NCBI GenBank assembly: GCA_964631685.1
Contig: CAZVZU010000003.1
Location: forward strand, 158,127 to 222,126
Length of the DNA stretch: 64,000 nucleotides
Reading direction: 5' to 3'
DNA from: an uncultured Actinomycetes bacterium
Lineage (GTDB): Bacteria > SZUA-79 > Acidulodesulfobacterales > Acidulodesulfobacteraceae
In this document: positions 60,103 through 64,000 of the stretch, one piece after another
Position numbering within the stretch: the stretch's first letter is position 1
How the letters are laid out: each line of letters opens with the position of its first letter
Position numbers and translations under genes: made by a program
Notes under the pieces: model-generated
Databases searched by the model: none
Seen by the model: the letters and a program-made list of their open reading frames with translations, nothing else
Told to the model about the DNA's origin: nothing

Positions 60103-61665
60103 ATGTTAAATGGTGTTTTGGTAGGTATGATGATTGGGCTTTCCTTCTTGTTTTTTATTGCAGGATATATTGTTAAATACATTATTGATAGGATTTTATT
60201 AAGTAATGCTAAATCTAAGGCTGATTTGATTATCAAAGAGGCCAAAAAAAATGCTGAGGACATTAAAAAAGATTCACTTTTGACTGCTAAAACCGAAGCT
60301 ATTAGATTAAAGGAAATTACTGATGAAGCGATCGGATTCCAAAAGAGAGAATTGAGTCAACTAGAAAAAAGGTTATCGTTTAAGGAAGATAACCTTGAAA
60401 AAAAAATAGCAACAATTGAGAAAAAAGAATTCGATTCTCTTAGAAGAGAAAGGGGATTAATCCAATCTGAAAAAGCGATAGCTGATAAAGAAAAAAGAAT
60501 AGAGGAGGCATTAAAAGATAAGATATTGGAATTAGAAAAGATATCAGGTATGACAGTTGCGGATGCCAAAAATTCTCTTATAAATTCAATTGTGGAGGAG
60601 GCTAAGCACGAAGCGGCAAAGTCTATAAGGAAAATAGAAGACGAGGCAAAAGAAATTGCCGATAAAAAATCTAAAGATATCATAGCACTGGCGATTCAGA
60701 GATATGCCGGTGATTATGTGTCCGAAAAATCCATATCATCGGTTCAGCTTCCCAATAACGATATGAAGGGTAGGATAATTGGGAGAGAAGGTAGGAATAT
60801 AAGGGCGTTGGAAGCCGCAACAGGCGTTGATTTTATAATTGATGAAACCCCTGAGGCCGTTATCCTATCATCTTTTAGCCCTATTAAAAGAGAGATTGCC
60901 AGGCTTTCCTTGGAAAAATTAATAGTTGACGGAAGGATTCATCCTGCCAGGATAGAAGATGTAGTTAGGAAAGTAGAAGAAGAGCTTGATCTTGCAATGA
61001 AAGAAGCTGGAGAGCAGGCTACTTTCGATGTTGGGGTGCACGGGATCCATCCTGAAATCCTCAAATTTTTAGGAAGATTAAAATATAGGACAAGTTTTTC
61101 TCAAAATGTATACAATCATTCGGTAGAGGTTGCTTTCTTATGCGGGATAATGGCATCTGAGCTTGGTGTTAACGTAAAACAGGCAAAAAGAGCAGGATTA
61201 TTACATGACATAGGAAAAGCCGTTGATCATGAGATTGAAGGTTCTCATGCTGTCATAGGTGCCGATATTGTCAAAAAATTTGGCGAATCGCCTAAAGTAG
61301 TCCATGCTATAGCTGCTCACCACTATGATGAAGAGCCAAATAGTATTTTGGATGTTTTGGTATCTGCTGCAGACGCTTTAAGCGCTGCAAGACCTGGTGC
61401 TAGGAAAGAAGTGCTTGAAACTTACGTGAAGAGGCTGGAGGATCTTGAGATTATAGCTAATTCATTCAACGGTGTTGCTAAGAGCTATGTTATTCAGGCA
61501 GGAAGAGAGGTTAGAGCCATCGTTAAGAGTCAAAAAATATCAGATGATGATTCGATAATGTTATCAAAGGATATTGCTAAAAAAATAGAATCGTCGCTTC
61601 AATATCCGGGACAGATTAAAGTAACTGTTATCAGAGAAACGAGGGCAACGGAATTTGCTAGATGA
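60103..61665 (+). CDS. rny: Ribonuclease Y
   Basis: N-terminal TM helix, coiled coil, KH (KGRIIGREGRNIR), HD (LLHDIGKA), ADALSAARPGAR. Confidence 0.97.
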   Translation: MLNGVLVGMMIGLSFLFFIAGYIVKYIIDRILLSNAKSKADLIIKEAKKNAEDIKKDSLLTAKTEAIRLKEITDEAIGFQKRELSQLEKRLSFKEDNLEKKIATIEKKEFDSLRRERGLIQSEKAIADKEKRIEEALKDKILELEKISGMTVADAKNSLINSIVEEAKHEAAKSIRKIEDEAKEIADKKSKDIIALAIQRYAGDYVSEKSISSVQLPNNDMKGRIIGREGRNIRALEAATGVDFIIDETPEAVILSSFSPIKREIARLSLEKLIVDGRIHPARIEDVVRKVEEELDLAMKEAGEQATFDVGVHGIHPEILKFLGRLKYRTSFSQNVYNHSVEVAFLCGIMASELGVNVKQAKRAGLLHDIGKAVDHEIEGSHAVIGADIVKKFGESPKVVHAIAAHHYDEEPNSILDVLVSAADALSAARPGARKEVLETYVKRLEDLEIIANSFNGVAKSYVIQAGREVRAIVKSQKISDDDSIMLSKDIAKKIESSLQYPGQIKVTVIRETRATEFAR

Positions 61666-62458
61666 TGAAGATATAAAAATTCTTTTTATAGGAGACATAA
61701 TAGGAAAACCGGGAAGGTCGGCGCTTGAAGGGCTTATCGGCGGTATCATTGATAAATATAATCCTGAGTTTATTGTGGCAAATGGGGAAAATGCTGCACA
61801 CGGAATGGGGATAACTCCCGATATAGCAGAGTTTATATTAGGATTAGGTATTGATGTTATAACCTCTGGAAATCATATCTGGGACCAGAGATCTATTATT
61901 CCTTACATTACAGAGCAACACAAGCTTTTAAGACCGGCAAATTACTCACCTCTGTCTCCCGGTGTTGGTTACGGAGTATTTTCTTCCAAATTAGGTAGAA
62001 AAATAGGGGTTATTAATCTAGAAGGAAGGGTCTTTATGAAGGGATTAACGGAATCTCCGTTTGTTGTGGCAAAAAATATTATTAATAAAATTTATGATTC
62101 CGTAAGTGCCGTAATGATAGATTTTCATGCGGAGGCGACATCTGAAAAGCAGGCGTTGGCATTGTATTTAGATGGTGAGATATCGGTTTTAATTGGGACA
62201 CATACACACGTTCAGACAAACGATGCCATTATTTTACCTATGGGTACGGCATACATTACAGATGCCGGCATGGTAGGTTCTAAATATTCGGTTGTCGGAA
62301 CAGATAAAGATATTGCAATTAAAAGATATTTAACAGGAATGCCCGGTAGATTTGTTCCTGAAGAGAAAGATATTATTTTAAACGGGGTCCTGGTAGTTAT
62401 TGATAAAAAAACAAAACTAAGCAAAAATATTCAAAGTATTTGTATTGATGCGTATTAA
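61655..62458 (+). CDS. ymdB: YmdB-like metallophosphoesterase (TIGR00282)
   Basis: GDIIGKPG, NGENAA.G.G, SGNH, DFHAEATSEK, GTHTHVQT. Confidence 0.92.
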   Translation: MLDDEDIKILFIGDIIGKPGRSALEGLIGGIIDKYNPEFIVANGENAAHGMGITPDIAEFILGLGIDVITSGNHIWDQRSIIPYITEQHKLLRPANYSPLSPGVGYGVFSSKLGRKIGVINLEGRVFMKGLTESPFVVAKNIINKIYDSVSAVMIDFHAEATSEKQALALYLDGEISVLIGTHTHVQTNDAIILPMGTAYITDAGMVGSKYSVVGTDKDIAIKRYLTGMPGRFVPEEKDIILNGVLVVIDKKTKLSKNIQSICIDAY

Positions 62459-62498
62459 TTTTCAAAAGAATAGGGTTTTTTTTAAGGGTGATTTGTTT

Positions 62499-63815
62499 AT
62501 GAATGCTAACAACAAGAAATCGGAAATAGAAAACAAGATCAAAGTGCAAATGGATGCGGTGCAAAGGGGTTGTACCGAGCTCATCAAGGAAGACGAACTT
62601 TACAATAAATTATTGCACTCTATAAAGTACAATTTACCGTTAAAAATTAAAGCAGGATTTGATCCCACTTCTCCAGATATACATTTGGGGCATACGGTCT
62701 TACTAAATAAGCTGAAAACTTTTCAGGAATACGGGCATCAGGTATTTTTTGTTATAGGCGATTTTACGGCTATGATTGGCGATCCAACGGGTAAATCGGA
62801 AACAAGGAAACCATTATCAAAGGAAGATGTCTTGAATAATTACAAAAATTATAGAATCCAAGCATTTAAAATATTAAAACCTGAGAAAACAAAAATAGTT
62901 TTTAATAGCTGGTGGTTATCTCGATTGAAATTAGATGAACTTGTTAAAATATTGTCTAATTATACTGTTAAAAGAATGCTTGAAAAGGATGATTTTGAAA
63001 AAAGATTTAACGATAGCCGTCCGATAGCTATACATGAGTTTATCTATCCGCTTTTGCAGGGGATGGATTCTGTTTTTATAAAATCAGATATTGAGATAGG
63101 AGGCAACGATCAGAAGTTTAATCTTATAGTCGGCAGGGAGCTTATGAAGAGCTTTAATATTGCTCCGCAGGTTGTTATGACCATGCCCCTTCTTGAAGGG
63201 CTAGACGGCAAAAACAAGATGAGCAAATCGCTCGGAAATTCAATAGGCGTGATAGACGAACCAAATGATATGTTCGGCAAGATTATGTCTATATCGGATG
63301 TAATGATGATTAAATATTATGAATTGCTGAGCGTTATAGAGAATTCGGAACTAAACATCATAAAAGATGAGATAGATAAAGGGGCTAATCCCATACATGC
63401 CAAGAAGAAGCTTGCAATAGAAATAGTTGAAACATATTATGGCAGGTCCGCAGCAGAAAAGGCTTTGAAATATTTCGAAGATATATTCCAAAGAAGAATC
63501 AATTCGGATGATATCAAAACAGTTAAACTCAGTAGTGAATACACCGAAGAGAACATAGATATTCTGCCGGAAGCTATCAATATGAATATTATGTCTTTAC
63601 TAACATATATTGGGGCAGTTAAATCCAACAGCGAGGCAAAAAGACTAATAAAACACGGGGCCGTTAAAATCTATTTAAAAAATATAGATAACACTAAAGA
63701 GATTAGGCCGGATTCTAATAGCGTTTTAGTGCCTATAAATACTGAAGAATTTGTTATAAAAGTTGGTAAAAAAAATATATACAAAATAAAATTAAATTCT
63801 TCAGAAAAAGCTTGA
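62499..63815 (+). CDS. tyrS: Tyrosine--tRNA ligase
   Basis: GFDPTSPDIHLGH, GDPTGK, YPLLQG.D, GGNDQ.FN, KMSKS, C-terminal S4-like domain. Confidence 0.97.
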   Translation: MNANNKKSEIENKIKVQMDAVQRGCTELIKEDELYNKLLHSIKYNLPLKIKAGFDPTSPDIHLGHTVLLNKLKTFQEYGHQVFFVIGDFTAMIGDPTGKSETRKPLSKEDVLNNYKNYRIQAFKILKPEKTKIVFNSWWLSRLKLDELVKILSNYTVKRMLEKDDFEKRFNDSRPIAIHEFIYPLLQGMDSVFIKSDIEIGGNDQKFNLIVGRELMKSFNIAPQVVMTMPLLEGLDGKNKMSKSLGNSIGVIDEPNDMFGKIMSISDVMMIKYYELLSVIENSELNIIKDEIDKGANPIHAKKKLAIEIVETYYGRSAAEKALKYFEDIFQRRINSDDIKTVKLSSEYTEENIDILPEAINMNIMSLLTYIGAVKSNSEAKRLIKHGAVKIYLKNIDNTKEIRPDSNSVLVPINTEEFVIKVGKKNIYKIKLNSSEKA

Positions 63816-63840
63816 CATCACTTTTCTAATTCTGTATACT
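63812..63840 (+). promoter_or_regulatory. rRNA operon promoter
   Basis: TTGACA-17 bp-TATACT with A/T-rich UP-like region upstream; overlaps tyrS stop codon. Confidence 0.85.
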
Positions 63841-63858
63841 GATTAAACACTTCGAGAA

Positions 63859-63902
63859 GGGGCATTTAAAAAGCCCGCCAAAGAAGATTGGTCTTTGAGA
63901 AC
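63859..63902 (+). promoter_or_regulatory. rrn leader antitermination boxB/boxA
   Basis: GGGC-N9-GCCC hairpin followed by boxA-like TGGTCTTTGAGAAC. Confidence 0.6.
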
Positions 63903-63951
63903 TAAACAGCACGCATTAAAAAAAAACAAGTTAATTTCGATATAATTTATT

Positions 63952-64000
63952 GTTATAGAGAGTTTGATTCTGGCTCAGAACAAACGCTGGCGGCGTGCCT
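63952..64000 (+). rRNA. rrs: 16S rRNA 5' end (truncated by window edge)
   Basis: AGAGTTTGATTCTGGCTCAG (27F site) at 63959, followed by AACGCTGGCGGCGTGCCT; 5' boundary approximate. Confidence 0.95.

Noticed and set aside
63959..63978. 27F primer-site variant (GATTCTGG)
   Set aside because: Covered by the degenerate 27F-YM primer; a known variant
1..64000. CRISPR arrays, tRNAs (including selC), IS elements, prophage
   Set aside because: No regularly spaced repeats, cloverleaf motifs, transposase or integrase ORFs found by eye; intergenic gaps are short

Overview
AT-rich, gene-dense bacterial chromosome segment from a diderm organism (Pal, MlaE/F/D, RND pump, PilC/PilS/PilR). Gene content and order resemble a deltaproteobacterial-type lineage; that placement is inference. 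The window is mostly housekeeping: pilC-pilS-pilR-truA; rimP-nusA-infB-rbfA-nrnA-truB-rpsO-pnp; a TetR/RND/MFS efflux unit; xseA; modABC; cbpA-cbpM-bioB-ruvX-mltG; pal; bioFC; gatD/queF/murI/metH/murT; recO-selA-HNH-mlaEFD-selD-RACo; rlmN; an HdrB-HdrC fusion before a split three-gene glutamate synthase; zapA-6S RNA-ygfA-rny-ymdB-tyrS; and the promoter and 5' end of a 16S rRNA gene. No CRISPR array, tRNA or mobile element was seen. The organism decodes selenocysteine: selA is present and selD has an in-frame UGA with a SECIS hairpin. The most striking observation is a stand-alone small gene at 31224-31343 (-). With UGA read as Sec it encodes the 39-aa peptide MKKVYAAPLFQDISAEEFYGLIMKGYGIKGSCYSUKSCK, which has a RiPP-leader-like YxxP motif and a C-terminal CxxUxxC motif. 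It has its own promoter, a strong SD and a SECIS-like hairpin, making it a candidate new selenopeptide family. Other points of note are MurT/GatD in a diderm, a probable CTG start for pilS, apparently leaderless genes, and a RACo-type activator near a MetH that lacks its reactivation domain.
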